Positions 1 to 18,607 of a stretch of 64,000 bases of DNA are shown in pieces. How positions within the stretch are numbered: the first letter of the stretch is position 1; each line of letters begins with the position of its first letter. A program made the position numbers and the translations under genes. Origin of the DNA: the human T2T-CHM13v2.0 reference genome, Homo sapiens. Location of the stretch: assembly GCF_009914755.1 (NCBI RefSeq), contig NC_060933.1, one strand, 5' to 3'. Under the pieces are notes generated by a model. That model did not search any database, was not told where the DNA came from, and saw nothing but the letters and a program-made list of their open reading frames with translations.

Positions 1-45
1 TGCCTTGGCCTTCCAAAGTGCTGGGATTGCAGGAATGTTGGTCTT

Positions 46-341
46 ATTATTTTGTTTGTTTGTTTGAGACAAGGTCTTGCTCTGTTGCCCAGGCTGGGGT
101 ACAGGCATGACCATGGCTCGCTGCAGCCTTAACCTCCCAGGCTCAGGCGATCCTCTCACCTCAGCCTCCCAAGTAGCTAGAACCACAGGCACATGCCATC
201 ATACCTGGCTAATTTTTTTTAATTAAATGTTTGTAGAGATGGGGTCTCCCCAGGCTGGTCTCAAACTCCTGGGCTCAAGCGATCCTCCTGTCTTGGCATC
301 CCAAAGTGCTGGCACTGTAGGCATGAGCCACTGTGCCTGTC
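46..341 (-). mobile_element. Alu (AluJ-like)
   Basis: Diverged Alu reverse complement with T-rich tail. Confidence 0.9.
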
Positions 342-1012
342 TGGTCTGATTCTTGAAGGAGGAATTGGAAATGAATAGTAGAGAGGTGGGGGCAGAGTTT
401 AACACTGGAATCTAGGAGAATCTGCAGAGAGGCAAGAGAGTGTGGTAGGATCTCCACACCAGAAACGAAACAGTAATCCAGCCTGGGGAGTGATGCGGTG
501 GGGCGCAGGGCCTACGAGAGGTCTTGTGGCAAAGCGGGGAAGAGTTTGTTTCATGATGTCAGGTGATTAGACTTGACCTTTGGGAAACAGCCATGGAAAG
601 GTTTTAAGTAAGAGCATGTTTAGGGTCCTGGAAGACAAACTCGCAGAGGCACCTCCTTCTTCTTGGAGCCCACACCCTTTTTACAGGCCACGCACCTCTC
701 TTCGGGGTCACACCCTCTTTTCCTTGGGGGCCACAACCTCTTTCCTGGTTCCTTGTTCAGTACATTCATTGCAACAGACTTTCTCCTCAGTCCCTGACAG
801 AGAAAATTTCAACTCTCATTGTTTTCTGGAAACAAATCTTTTAGAGCCTCAGGTTTATTACAGACAGACTTGCACGGGGAAAACTAAGACACATGCTCTT
901 CAGGTTCTCTAACACATGAAGCCATGGCCCTTCCCTTCCAGTGAAGTTCCAGAATAAAAAGTCAGGTGACAGATAGTGAGCTACATGATTTTTGATGAGT
1001 ACATTCAATTTC

Positions 1013-1315
1013 TTTTTTTTTTTTTTCTCTTTGAGATAGAGTCCCACTCTGTCACCTACGCTGGAGTGCAGTGGTGCGACATTGGCTCACTGCAACCTCC
1101 ACCTCCCAGGTTCAAACAATTCTCCCTGCCCCAGCCTCCTGAATAGCTGGGATTACAGGCACCCGCCACTACGCCTGGCTAATTTTTGTATTTTTAGTAG
1201 AGACGGCGTTTCACCATGTTGGCCAGGCTGGTCTTGAATTCCTGACCTCAGGTGATCCACCCGCCTCGGCCTCCCAAAGTGCTGGGATTACAGGCATAAG
1301 CCACCGTGCCCGGCC
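1013..1315 (-). mobile_element. Alu (AluS-like)
   Basis: Full-length Alu; TSD TCAATTTCTT. Confidence 0.95.
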
Positions 1316-1938
1316 TCAATTTCTTACAATAGACTTATTCTAACAAATATATTTTCTTATGACAAATAGGTAGCCAATAAATGGAAATTATAGTAAGTTA
1401 TTGAAAACCATAGGAAGCATAGCCTCAAGGTGATGGGTGGTAGAACATGGAAGATAACAATAAACTTTTGTCAGAATCGCTTAAGGGAAATTCTTGCAAA
1501 CAAGCCTCCAGTACACAATTTCAAGAAGGAGCCTTCATCCCAGCCTGGTTAGTGTTTATATTCTCAGTGTTTTCAAGGTAAAAGTTTGCAAATATTCTTT
1601 AGATTTTACTTTTATCTAGCAAAGCATAATTGCTGGTCGGTGCATAGTTCTCTCAAAGTCCTTTTGTTAAGCCCTTGCATTCTTTCCAAGGTTCCTCTTT
1701 ATCTGCCTATTGGGAATGGGCACCTCTGTCTTTGGTTACAATTTCCAGCCAAGGCTGAATGACAGAGTGTAGGATTTTTACCTTCCTGTTCCCATGCATC
1801 AGAACTGCTGGATCACTGCCTGCTCTTTTGCCATGGACAGAGGAATGGGGTGCAGGCCTGAGTGAGCCCAGCTGCCTGGATTCTGCTCTGTGACCTATTT
1901 CTCAGCCATACTTACCCTGTCCTTTAAAGATGAGTTTG

Positions 1939-2238
1939 GGCCAGGTGCGGTGGCTCACGCCTGTAATCCCAGCACTTTGGGAGGCCTAGGCCGGCAGATC
2001 ACAAGTTCAGGAGTTCGAGACCAGCCTGGCCAATATGGCGAAACCCCATCTCTACTCAAAATACAAAAATTAGCTGGGCATGGTGGCATGTTCCTGTAAT
2101 CCCAGCTACTCAGGAGGCTGAGGCAGGAGAATCACTTGAACCCAGGAGGCAGAGGTTGCAGTGAGCCAAGACCCTGCCACTGTACTCCAGTCTGGACGAC
2201 AGAGTGAGGTTTCATCTAAAAAAAAAAAAGAAAAAAAA
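1939..2238 (+). mobile_element. Alu (AluS-like)
   Basis: Full-length Alu; TSD AAAGATGAGTTTG. Confidence 0.95.
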
Positions 2239-2723
2239 GATGAGTTTGGTGTAAATACGTGGAGGGTATTCTTGGCGGGGAACCCAAAGTGAGCAGCGAG
2301 GCTTGGAGGTGGGAATGGGAACAGGGATGGGAATAGCTGAAGCCAGATACTGGTAAATGCTGTTTAAGTCATACTGTAGGTTGTTCGTGGATAGTATATT
2401 CAGGGAAACAGAAAGGTGTGTCCTTGTGCCCGAGGTTAAAGGGAATCGTGCATTGGAGAGGTCATGGCTGGAAAAGTGGTGACATCAGTTTTTTAAAGCC
2501 CAGAGCAGGCCTGACCTCCAGGAGCCTTCTCAAACTCTAACCACTCCATGCCATAGAGCACCCTTCCTCCTTGAACCACCTGTTCCTTTCCATGTGGATC
2601 TCGGTCATGAGTTATTGAGAATGTGACCTTGCGGGCAGGGGGTGTCTATGAGAATGGAGAGAAAAGATATGAGAAATACTATAAAGACAGAATAAAGGAC
2701 TTGGTCACCCTTTAGATATCAGA

Positions 2724-2902
2724 GGCTGGGCGCGGTGGCTCAGGCCTGTAATCCCAGCACTTTGGGAGTCCACGGTGGGCGGATCACGAGGTCAGGAGAT
2801 GGAGACCATCTCAGGAGGCGGAGCTTGCAGTGAGCCGAGATGTCGCCACTGCACTCCAGCCTGGGCGACAGAGTGAGACTCCGTCTCAAAAAAAAAAAAA
2901 AA
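2724..2902 (+). mobile_element. AluY-like with internal deletion
   Basis: Left-arm GAGACCATC joined directly to right-arm GGAGGCGGAGCTTGC; TSD AGATATCAGA. Confidence 0.9.
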
Positions 2903-4278
2903 AGATATCAGAAAGATTAGGTGTGGAGGAGCAGGAAAGGATGATTCCTTGGATGTAGGCAGTTGTGGGCAAAAGATTTTTTTATCCTAAAGTTTAAAAA
3001 TTCACACACACACACCCACGCACACACATAAAATGTAATGTACTGCTCAAAAGGTCATCACCAAGAGGACAATCATGTAGCAACAGCCTAGGGCAAGAAA
3101 GAAAACATTACCAGCACCCCAGAAGCACTTACGTGTCTCCCAGCATTTCCTTTAATTTAAAAAAAGACATTATTAATTTTTAAAAACATAGACTAAAGCA
3201 GCTCTTCTCATCCTTTACTCTGCTTGCAAGTAATTCTGACACTCAGTTAAAAAAATGTTTTTTACTCTAAAGGAACCCCTTTCAGGTCTCAGAGAAGCTC
3301 TGCTGAACAGTTTTGATATCTAACAGCTCATGGTACATTAATGTGACACTCAATCATAGATACAGTAATCCAGTGATAACTACCAGGGCTTTTTAAAGTA
3401 GACATCTATATTCTTCTGTAGATATGTCTATTTTGGCCTTCATAGCCTACTATTTCTCTGTGGCTGGCTCTCTCCCAAAGGACATCAACTATAATGCAAG
3501 GTATTATTACATTGCATGTTATTACATGTTAAGATACATTTAACTATAAGTCAGGAGTGTAGGTAGAGGCAGCTTTAGTTTCTCTTCTTTGGAACTTCTT
3601 CCTTCTTTAGGTATAACTTTATTGAATTAAAGTACAATAAACTGCACATAATTAAAATATGTAGTTTTATTATTTTTGGACATATGTCTATGCCCATGAA
3701 ACCATTACCACAATCAAGATAATAAACATTTCCAGCATCCCTGGAAGATTCTTTGTGTCCTTTGGCAATTCATTACTCTCTTTACCCTGATTCCCAGACT
3801 ACCAATCACCTGCTTTCTATGATAAATTAATTTGCACACTACAGTATTTTGTAGGAATGGAATGATACAATGTCTACTCTTTGGTCTGGCTGCTGTCACT
3901 TAGCACCATGAGCTTGAGAGTCATCCATTTCATTGCACATTGCGGTTTCTTTTTATTGCTGAGTAGTATTCCTTTGCACAGAAATCCCACAATCTGTGTA
4001 TCTGTTCACTGTACGATAGCCCAATTTAAAAATGGAACATAGTTGGGTTATTTTCTAGATTTTAGCTATTACAGATAAAGCTAATACATACAAATTAAGC
4101 TTCATATACAAATTTTTACGTGGATATATATTTTTTCATTTCTTTTGGGTAAATACCTAGAAGTGGAATGGTTGGGTTGTATGGCAGTAGATGCTTAACT
4201 TTTTAAGAAACTGCCAGTTTTCCAAAGTGGTTGTACCATTTTATATTCCCACCTGCAGTGTATGAGAGTTCCCGTTGT

Positions 4279-4583
<305 letters not shown>

Positions 4584-5203
4584 GAGAGTTCCAGTTGTTC
4601 CACACCCTTGCCTATGCTTGGGATGGTGAATCTTTTTAGTTTTGGCCAATTATGGCTGTGTAAGGACTAATGATGTTGAGCATCTTTGCATGTGTTTATT
4701 ACCATTATAATATATTCTTGTGTAAAATATCCGTTCAAATCTTTTTCCTATTTTAAATTGGGTAACTTATCTCATTTTTAATTCAGTAGTAAGAGTTCTT
4801 TATATATTCTATATACAAATCCCTTGACTGACACGTGTGTTGCAAATATTATCTTCAAATTTGCCTTTTCTTTTTCTTAATGTCTTCTGAAGAGCAAAAG
4901 TTTTAAATTTTGATGAAATCCAATTTAACAATTTTAAAAATTGTTTCATGCTTTTTCGGTTCTGTATAATAAATCTTCGTCTACTCCAAGCAAAAGATTG
5001 TCTCCTGTATTTCCTTATAGAAATTTTATAGTTTTAGGATTTACATTTAGGTCTGTAATCCATTTTGAGTTATTTTTGTTTCATATGTGGTACATTTTAA
5101 TCTTTATTACATGGTACATAATGTATCTTTTCTTTGAGTGATTTTAAGGTTCATTTCTATCACTGGTTTGCTACAATTTGATTTTGATGTGCCTTTGTGT
5201 CAG

Positions 5204-5205
<2 letters not shown>

Positions 5206-5249
<44 letters not shown>
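5206..5249. repeat. (GT)n microsatellite, ~22 units
   Basis: Perfect dinucleotide run. Confidence 0.97.
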
Positions 5250-5251
<2 letters not shown>

Positions 5252-5954
5252 ATCCTGCCTTGGGTTTATTGAGCTCTATGGATCTGTGAATTTTTAGTCT
5301 TCATCAAACTTGGAAATTTTTCAAGTATTATGTTTTCAAAAATTTCTGTCCCACTTCCCTGTTCTTCTGAGACTCACATTATATCTGTGTTAGGCTGTTT
5401 GATATTGTTCTGCAGGCCATCAAGGTTCTGTGTAGGACTTTCTTCTGTATGATTCATTTGAAAAGACTTTGTTGCTATGTCTTTAAGCTTACTCATCCTT
5501 TTTTTTGCAATGTCTAATCTGCTATTAATCACGTTCAGTAGAATTTTTATTTCAGATTTTTTTTGCAACTATGACAGATGAAACAAATATTGTTTTAATA
5601 AAATCTCTAGGTATTTCATTTGCCCCTTTTTTTAGTATCTTCCACTCTCCCCTCATTATGTTTTCCTATAAATACTTCAATATGGTTATAATGTCTGTTT
5701 TAATCTCGTAAATTTTGATTAGATGCCTAATATTGGGAATATTATGTTGTGGACTGCTTGAATTTTGTTGTTTGTTTGTCTTCCTCTAAATTGGTGCAAG
5801 CATGGTAAGGAGTTAAGTTGTTGGTAAATCACTTTCATCTTTCAGCCTGTTTTTAAGTATTGTTGGAATGGCATTAACAAATGCTTTCAATAAGGGGATA
5901 GGTCAGCACTACTGCCAACGTGCAACTGTTCTGTGCTCTCTACTGAAAGACTGA

Positions 5955-6498
<544 letters not shown>

Positions 6499-7016
6499 TA
6501 GCTGTCTCAGCCTCCCTATATCCTGATTTCTGTCTCCTCAATTCAGAGAGTCCACTGGGGGCTATTTGGGTCCCTTGTTCCTGGGCTCCCAGTTGCCTTC
6601 AGGCAGAAACCTTATCATAAACTTATCTAATTTATTTTCTTTTCCTCCATGATTACAGCCCTAATTTGCCTGCTATTAAATGTCTTAAAACAATTGTCTC
6701 ATATATTTGTCCTGTTTTTCTGGTTGTTTATAGTGGGAGGATAAGTCATTCTATTATGGATGCAAACATAACTATTTATTATTTAATAAATAAGTAAAAA
6801 GTATATATACTTTTAACTATTTTAAAGTCCTTATATATAAATCCCATTATCTTTATCATTTCTGAGGCTGTTTTGCTGAGTATTTTTTTCTACAAGTTAT
6901 GGGTCACTTTTTTTTTTGCTCTGTCATGTCTAGTAATTTTTAACTGGACACTAGACATTATGGATGTATCTTGTTGAGTAGGATTTTTTGGTCTTCTTTA
7001 AAGAATATCAGGTATT

Positions 7017-7355
<339 letters not shown>

Positions 7356-7596
7356 TTAGGGCTTGCTTCATCATATTCCTCAGGTGTTGCCTTTCTGGGG
7401 TTTCTGCTAAATTGCCTAGGTATTCAACAAGGTTTCTTCACTCTGGCTAATGGGAACTAGATTGTCTCTAAAGTCCTGTGAGAGCTTGGTTCACTTTATA
7501 AGCTTATAGTTTGCCATAAACTGCACTTTTCTTTGATTCCTTGAGTCTTACCTTGTGCTGTGGAGCTTAGTATTCAGACAGAGACTCAAGGAACCC

Positions 7597-8352
<756 letters not shown>

Positions 8353-9717
8353 TACAAATCCCCTATGCACATTTCTGGAGCCTTTGCTCCGCATGCTGCC
8401 TTCTCTCTCACACTTCTTCCTGTATATTTCAGTCCCCTTCCCTTTCCTGGACTTGGTTTTGTTTCTCCCAAGCACAATGAAGTCACTGTGCTCTGCTCGT
8501 GTCCCCTCTTCTGCTCTGCGGTCTAGAAACTGCCTCTGGGAAGAAGGCTGGGGTGGTTGTAGGGCTCATTTCACTGGCTTACCCCTTTTCAGGGGCCACA
8601 GTCCTCTGATGGCTGTGATACAATGTCTGAACACAGTCCTTCCATATTTTGTTTCATTTTTTAAGTTGTTTATAGCAGGAGGGCTGGTCTGATAATAGTT
8701 ACTTTGTCACGGCCAGAAGTGGAATTCTATTCAATTTTTATATCTAAAAGTTCTGTTGAGTTCTTTTTGAAACTTCTTGGGAATTAAATCTCTTGTTCTT
8801 TATTGATTTTTTTGGATTCCATCTTTCATTTTTTTTAAGCTTTGACAGATAGTTATTTTGATTTCCGTATCTAAGTCCAGTATATGAAATCCCCGGGTAA
8901 CTAAATCTGCAGTCATTCTTTCTGCTGGTTCTCACTCATGGTGTGTTTGTTTTCTTCTGAGTGAAATGGTTTCTGATTGTGAACTTATACCTGATGGAAG
9001 TTAATCTGTGGGAACTTTGAGGGCCTCAACTGGGATGGCTGTTCCCCATAGATAATTTGTAGTTTGCTTATTCCAGGAGTCAAGGTGGGTGCGTCTCACC
9101 TAAGATGACCTTAGCTCTAGCTAAAGGGACCCTAGCCAATGCCAAGTCTGGAGTTCGATGCCTCAGTCTAGCAGATGGTCCTGGGCTTAGTCTGTATGTT
9201 CTAGCTCTAGAACAGGCATTTATTTGGTCCATGAAAGGTCTTCTTGATCATTGGCTTACTGGGACCATTCACACTTAGTTCCTTATACTTAGTTCCTTAC
9301 TTACTTTGTCACCAATACTTACTGACTTCCCTTACTTTTTGGTATTGCAGATGGTATTGTAGTAGCAACATGTTTGTTTACTGTAGTGGAGAGTACTTCG
9401 AAGTACCTAGTTTGTTGTACTGCTGGAAGTATAAAAGTGGTACCTTTATATTTTCTTGTAATAATTTACTCTCTTTTGATGTTTTTAAAATTCACATGGA
9501 ATTTACTTTGGGGTATGGCGTTAGGTAGGAACTAACCTTATGAAAATAGTGGATTGCCAAATGTCCCAAGTTCTCTTATTTTATGGTTCACTCATTCTCC
9601 ACAAATTTGAAACTTCCTGTATCATAGTCTAAATTTCTCTCTTTTTTCCTATATTCTATTGCTTTACTGATGTTTGCCTCTTATGTCAATAGTGCTCTGC
9701 ATTTATCTATATTTTGA

Positions 9718-10092
<375 letters not shown>

Positions 10093-10899
10093 TCAAATCC
10101 ATCCTGTAGTAGCAACCCTATATCAACTATTGATAAATAGATGTAAAATATTACATGCTATGTATTCCACTTGCTAATAATCCTATTCTGTCTTATCTAT
10201 TGTAAATTTTGGTCTCCCCAGGCCAAGTTTACTAATGGAACTTTACTGCATGACTTTGAAACTCTAGGCTCTTCTAACTGTTGGTACAAAAAGTCTCTAT
10301 AACATAAGAGAAAATATTCCTCCTTCCCTTATTGTTGTAGAGAAAGGCAGATGGAATCCTGCATGATAAAACTGTTTCTGTATATGTTCTGTTTAACTAG
10401 GTAGTCTGAAAAGTCACTAGAACTTAGATACTATTGCTATATCCTGTGAAAGTGTTCCTTAACCTCTAGAAGATTTGTAAGTTCTGATTGGTTGATTTAA
10501 TTAATAGCATATTGTTCTGGCAAAAATATTTAAATGGACATTTGTGTTTTTCAAAACGTATAAATACTTGTGAATACAAAAAGGGTCATGGACACTTCTC
10601 CCTTCTCCTCCATGCGTGAAGTAAGAAAAAATAAGACTTGGGCTAGATTTCTTATTTAATCAAAGATTTACAGTCTTGCCTCACTGAAATGAACAGCTGA
10701 GGCTGTGATGTGATTTGGATAAACTGAGCTGAAAGTAGAGCACTAAGGATAGTATGAGCCAATGTATGAGGCAATGAAAGGAATTAAGTTTTACTACGAT
10801 TGATTATCAGTCAGGAGTCTCACCTGCCTCTGCCACGTGTTTCTAACCAGCAGGGAACACTGTTAAAGCTCTATCTTGCTGAGAAAAATCTAACATTAG

Positions 10900-11290
10900 G
10901 GCTTAGAGTAGGTTAAACTGCCATGATGGAGAGCTCCCAAACATGAAGTAGCTAGAACAGAAGTCAGTGAAGAACTCTACTCCACAATTCAAGAGCCCAG
11001 GTTCTTTTCATCTTGTCTTTCTTCCCCTCTAGTGTATTATACTCATCTTTTTTATTAAAACTGGGTTGTAACCAGCAGGAATGAGGAAGAGCAAATGGAG
11101 GGGACACAGTCTGGTCTTAGGGTGTTGAACTACAAGTGGCAGACATCACATCTGCTTGCATTTTACTGAAAAGACCAAGTCACGTGGCCATATCTAACTG
11201 CAAAGGATGCTGGGAAATATGGTGTAGCTGGCTAGTCATGTGACAGGCTATACTTTCAGTTGTATGGGATAAGGATAGAATGGATAGTGA
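10900..11290 (-). mobile_element. Old MaLR LTR fragment (MLT1J/K-like)
   Basis: aagtcacgtggccatatctaactgcaaaggatgctgggaaat motif. Confidence 0.5.
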
Positions 11291-11848
11291 AGGACAGATA
11301 GCAGTTTCTGTTACCCCTTTCCTTTCCATGAAAGAAGAGATTCCATATTATCTCCAACTTGCCACCAAATTTAATATTTTTTCATTGTTTGAATATATTT
11401 TTTTCTTAAGTCCAAACCCATATGAATTGAGAATTGAAATTCTAAGAGAATTCAAAGACCCTAGTAGAGACTCCAGCCTTTCTAGTAATGAATAGTATGC
11501 TTGCCAAAGTTGTTAATTCCCCCAAGGATTAGTGCTATGTATACTCCATGGATGACAAAGAAAAATAATTTCCTTCAGACAGCATCTTTGAATTGGAGGT
11601 GTTAGAAAATAAAGGTTGTAAGATATTTCAAATTAGATAGTTTCTATTTTGTTTAAATCCAAGAAATTGGTAAGTGCTTATAAAAACCTAAAATAAAAAA
11701 TATCAAAGACTGCTTTATGGGTGTAGGGAGAAGTTAAGTAAAATTAAAAACAAAACTGATAATGTTTTACATATAATGATCTTTAAGAAAGATTCTCTCT
11801 ACGCCAGGTGAAAAGGTAATAATTGTCAGAAAAAAAAAATGACGTCTT

Positions 11849-12207
<359 letters not shown>

Positions 12208-12415
12208 TCAGAAATATATTACATAGCTTAATTGAATTAGTCTTGAAGGGACAGAATCTTATGGTTTTCATGTTGAAAAAGGATATTTTTAAGTGAAAAA
12301 ATATCACTGAATTAAGTTATATGACATTTAATTAAAAGATAAATATTACGTTCTGATAAGGAAAAATGAAATCCATATAACTATGCAAAACAAATTAATA
12401 CAAATTTATTAATAA

Positions 12416-12739
<324 letters not shown>

Positions 12740-12899
12740 GCAGTATTCTTATTTTTAAAAACATTCTATCTCTCAAAAGCTTTTGGATGAGTGAAAGGAA
12801 AATTCTAATCATTTCTGCTGAATTATAAGCTAAAGAACAAACATGTGAATTTATATCATGCCAACAATTAGTGGTCATAAAAACTCTTATTTTTTAAAT

Positions 12900-13679
<780 letters not shown>

Positions 13680-14463
13680 TGTATTTTAGACTTTTAATCA
13701 AGATATAGATGAGTGTAATAGTACTCAGTAAGAGAAAAATGAGAGAAGTATATTTTAATAACTCTGTATTCCAAATCAAGGCAAACTCTCCGATTGATTA
13801 AATTTGGGGGGTACATTTTGGGTAAAAGATGGCTCTTTGTGGTGTGAAAATCTGGAGATTTTCCCCAGTGAGAAATAGAAATGCAAAATGATATTTTAGC
13901 TCATGCAAGGATATAGATTTTTTTAAACGGCAAAGTAATTGTAACTTCCTAAATTTGCTTTATAAACTGGTTCTTGTATCAGATAAAATGGAAAAATATT
14001 TGTATCTACAGAGTTAAGATAAAAAGTTTCAAGATGTCATATTTTTCTGACAAATGCTTATTTTCTCTTTTTCTTTCCTTTTTTTTTTGTTGTTGTTGTT
14101 TGTTTTTTGTATTGAGACAGTCTCACTCTGTTGCCCACACTGGAGTGCAGTGTCACAATCAGTGCTTATTTTCAATAGTGATTGTGTTCTATGGTATTAA
14201 CATAGGGCACTTTCTAAATTTCTTAATTGTTTAGGGACCATAATCTAAATCAAAATTCAGATAATTGAGTGAGTAATTTTACTGTATGCAGAGGCCACTA
14301 GTGAAATTAAAAAATCACTGAACAGAGAAAATAAAACCCATGGTCATTGTGCAACCCTCATTTGTCTTCTTGTGTAACATATTTAATTTCTTAGAAGAGC
14401 TGGTAAAACTCATTTAAAAGAACTGCTGCTTCTCATATCGATATGTTTCTCAATCCTGGTGAG

Positions 14464-14801
14464 CAGCGGTCCCCAGCCCCCAGGCACCCCTGGTTGATGG
14501 CCTGTTAGGAAGCAGGCAGCACAGCAGAAGTTGAGCGCTGGTGAAGCAGCTTTACTGCCTGAGCTCCACCTCCGTCAGGTCAGCAGCGACATTAGAGTCT
14601 CATAGGAGCACAAACCCTATTGCAAACTATGCATGGGAGGGATCTATGTTGCGTGTTCCTTATGAAAATCTAACTTATTGCCTGATGATCTGAGGTGGAA
14701 AAATTTCACCCTGAAACCAGCCTCCTCATCCCCTCCCCATCCATGGAAAAACTGTCTTCCATGAAAACTCTCCCAGGTGCCAAAAAGATTGGGGACCACT
14801 C
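14464..14801 (+). mobile_element. MER1B-like hAT-Charlie DNA transposon
   Basis: Terminal inverted repeats cagcggtcccca...ttggggaccact and recalled internal MER1 consensus (gagctccacctc...cataggagc...tgatgatctgaggtggaa). Confidence 0.85.
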
Positions 14802-14899
14802 CTGGTGCAGGCTGAATCTTCCCAGTACTCTTAAGGGACACAGGGTGTGGATGGGGCATACGTGATGCACAGTCCAGCATTCTTATGTTTCCAAGTCTG

Positions 14900-15250
14900 T
14901 GCAAGATGTCAAGAGATTTATGGCATCTAAACTTCTTTTGCATCATCTAAAACTCTATTGGGTAATTTATTGTCCAATTTAGTAAACTAGTAGAATCACA
15001 TCCAGATGTACAAAACAATACTCTGAATGCATAATCTCTGTTAAATCTACCCATGTGGAGAAATTCAGCCTAAGGTAAAATAATGTTCCTCCCACCTGGT
15101 GGATCACCCTCAAAATCCACTTTCCAAAAGAGTCCTCGGAATTGTGTTGACGTTAATAAACAAATATCTCAAATGCTGTCAATATGCAAACTTCCACTTT
15201 CAGAATCTGATTTTACATTTTACCCCATGAATGTTGAAATCCCATTCTGA
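14900..15250 (-). mobile_element. ERVL-type internal gag relic
   Basis: Minus strand with frameshifts reads KWILRVIHQ-GGRNIILP*AEFLHMG..RDYAFRV, resembling recalled ERVL gag WEWILRVWDNGGRNIKLDQAEFIDMG..RDSAFNV. Confidence 0.6.
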
Positions 15251-15594
15251 TTATTGCCTCATGGTAAGGAGGAGGATTGGAGGGAAGTTATTCCTTCTTT
15301 TTCTTGTATAGGGTCTCCCTCTAGAGAAGCAGTAACAGTTTGTCCAAGCCATGGAGAAGAGACTTTTCAGGAAAGGAGAGGGAGAGGCTCATCTCTGTTT
15401 GGGCATCAGGAGCAGGACTCTTCTTTGGCAAGCCCACTTGCCTGTGGGATTGCACCTAATGGGGAAAGTCAGAAGATAACGTTCCTGTCAACTTTATCTC
15501 CAGGCAGCAACCCTGGAGTGACAAAACATGTCACTCCTCATTCCCCTTTGTCTGTACCCCTTTCCCCTTCTTCCTCTTGCTCACTCATCTCTAG

Positions 15595-16900
<1,306 letters not shown>

Positions 16901-17631
16901 TTTGTCAGTTGTCTGAGATCTCCTGTGTGCAGGGTCCTGTGTGGCCCTGGTGCAGCAATGATATTCTACCTGGTGTCTTGCTAATGGAAGCTGCTGGGTT
17001 GCAGATGAAGGAAGCCCCAACCAAGCCCCAACCAGGCTGGTTGGTTGAAGGAAGCCCACTAAGCAAGAGTGGCAGTGGCACCCCCTCAGTGAGGGTGGCA
17101 GAGGGACCTGGACCTGACCCACCACACAGTGTGGGGAACCTGGAAGTTTTTCTGGGCCCCAATTCCCTCTTGGATGGAACTTGAGCTTGTGCTAGATGAA
17201 TGTGGAGGGCAGGATCCTTGAGGTCTTCCAGGCCCAAGACGTAGCACATAGCAAGATCCAGTGGTCCAGTGTGCTGTCACCACCATCACCCTCCACTGGG
17301 CCCTTGGCCAGGCCTGTGGTCTCCCTAAGGTGCAGGAGCAATGGCAGCAGCCCCTCGAAGAGCTACTGTAGGGCTGATGCCAGCATGCACGCCAGACTCT
17401 TGGGAGAGGGTTGGAGCATGGAGTTCACACAGCACAGGGAACTGTGGTGGGGACCTTCACTCTGGCCAGTACCTGAATGTGAACATCAGAGCATCCTCCA
17501 GGACAAGGAGGGGTGAGGTCCATGTTGTCCCCAGGGTCAAAGAGGGGGTAGTTGTGGAGATCCACACTGGGTTAGGGTAGTGTTGGGCTGCAGAGGTGGA
17601 GCAGAGAGCTGGAGGATGTTGGGATCAGCTG

Positions 17632-18607
<976 letters not shown>

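Noticed and set aside
15071-15098. Apparent GT...AG splice pair on the minus strand
   Set aside because: Only ~28 nt apart, too short for an intron; better explained as ERVL gag sequence.
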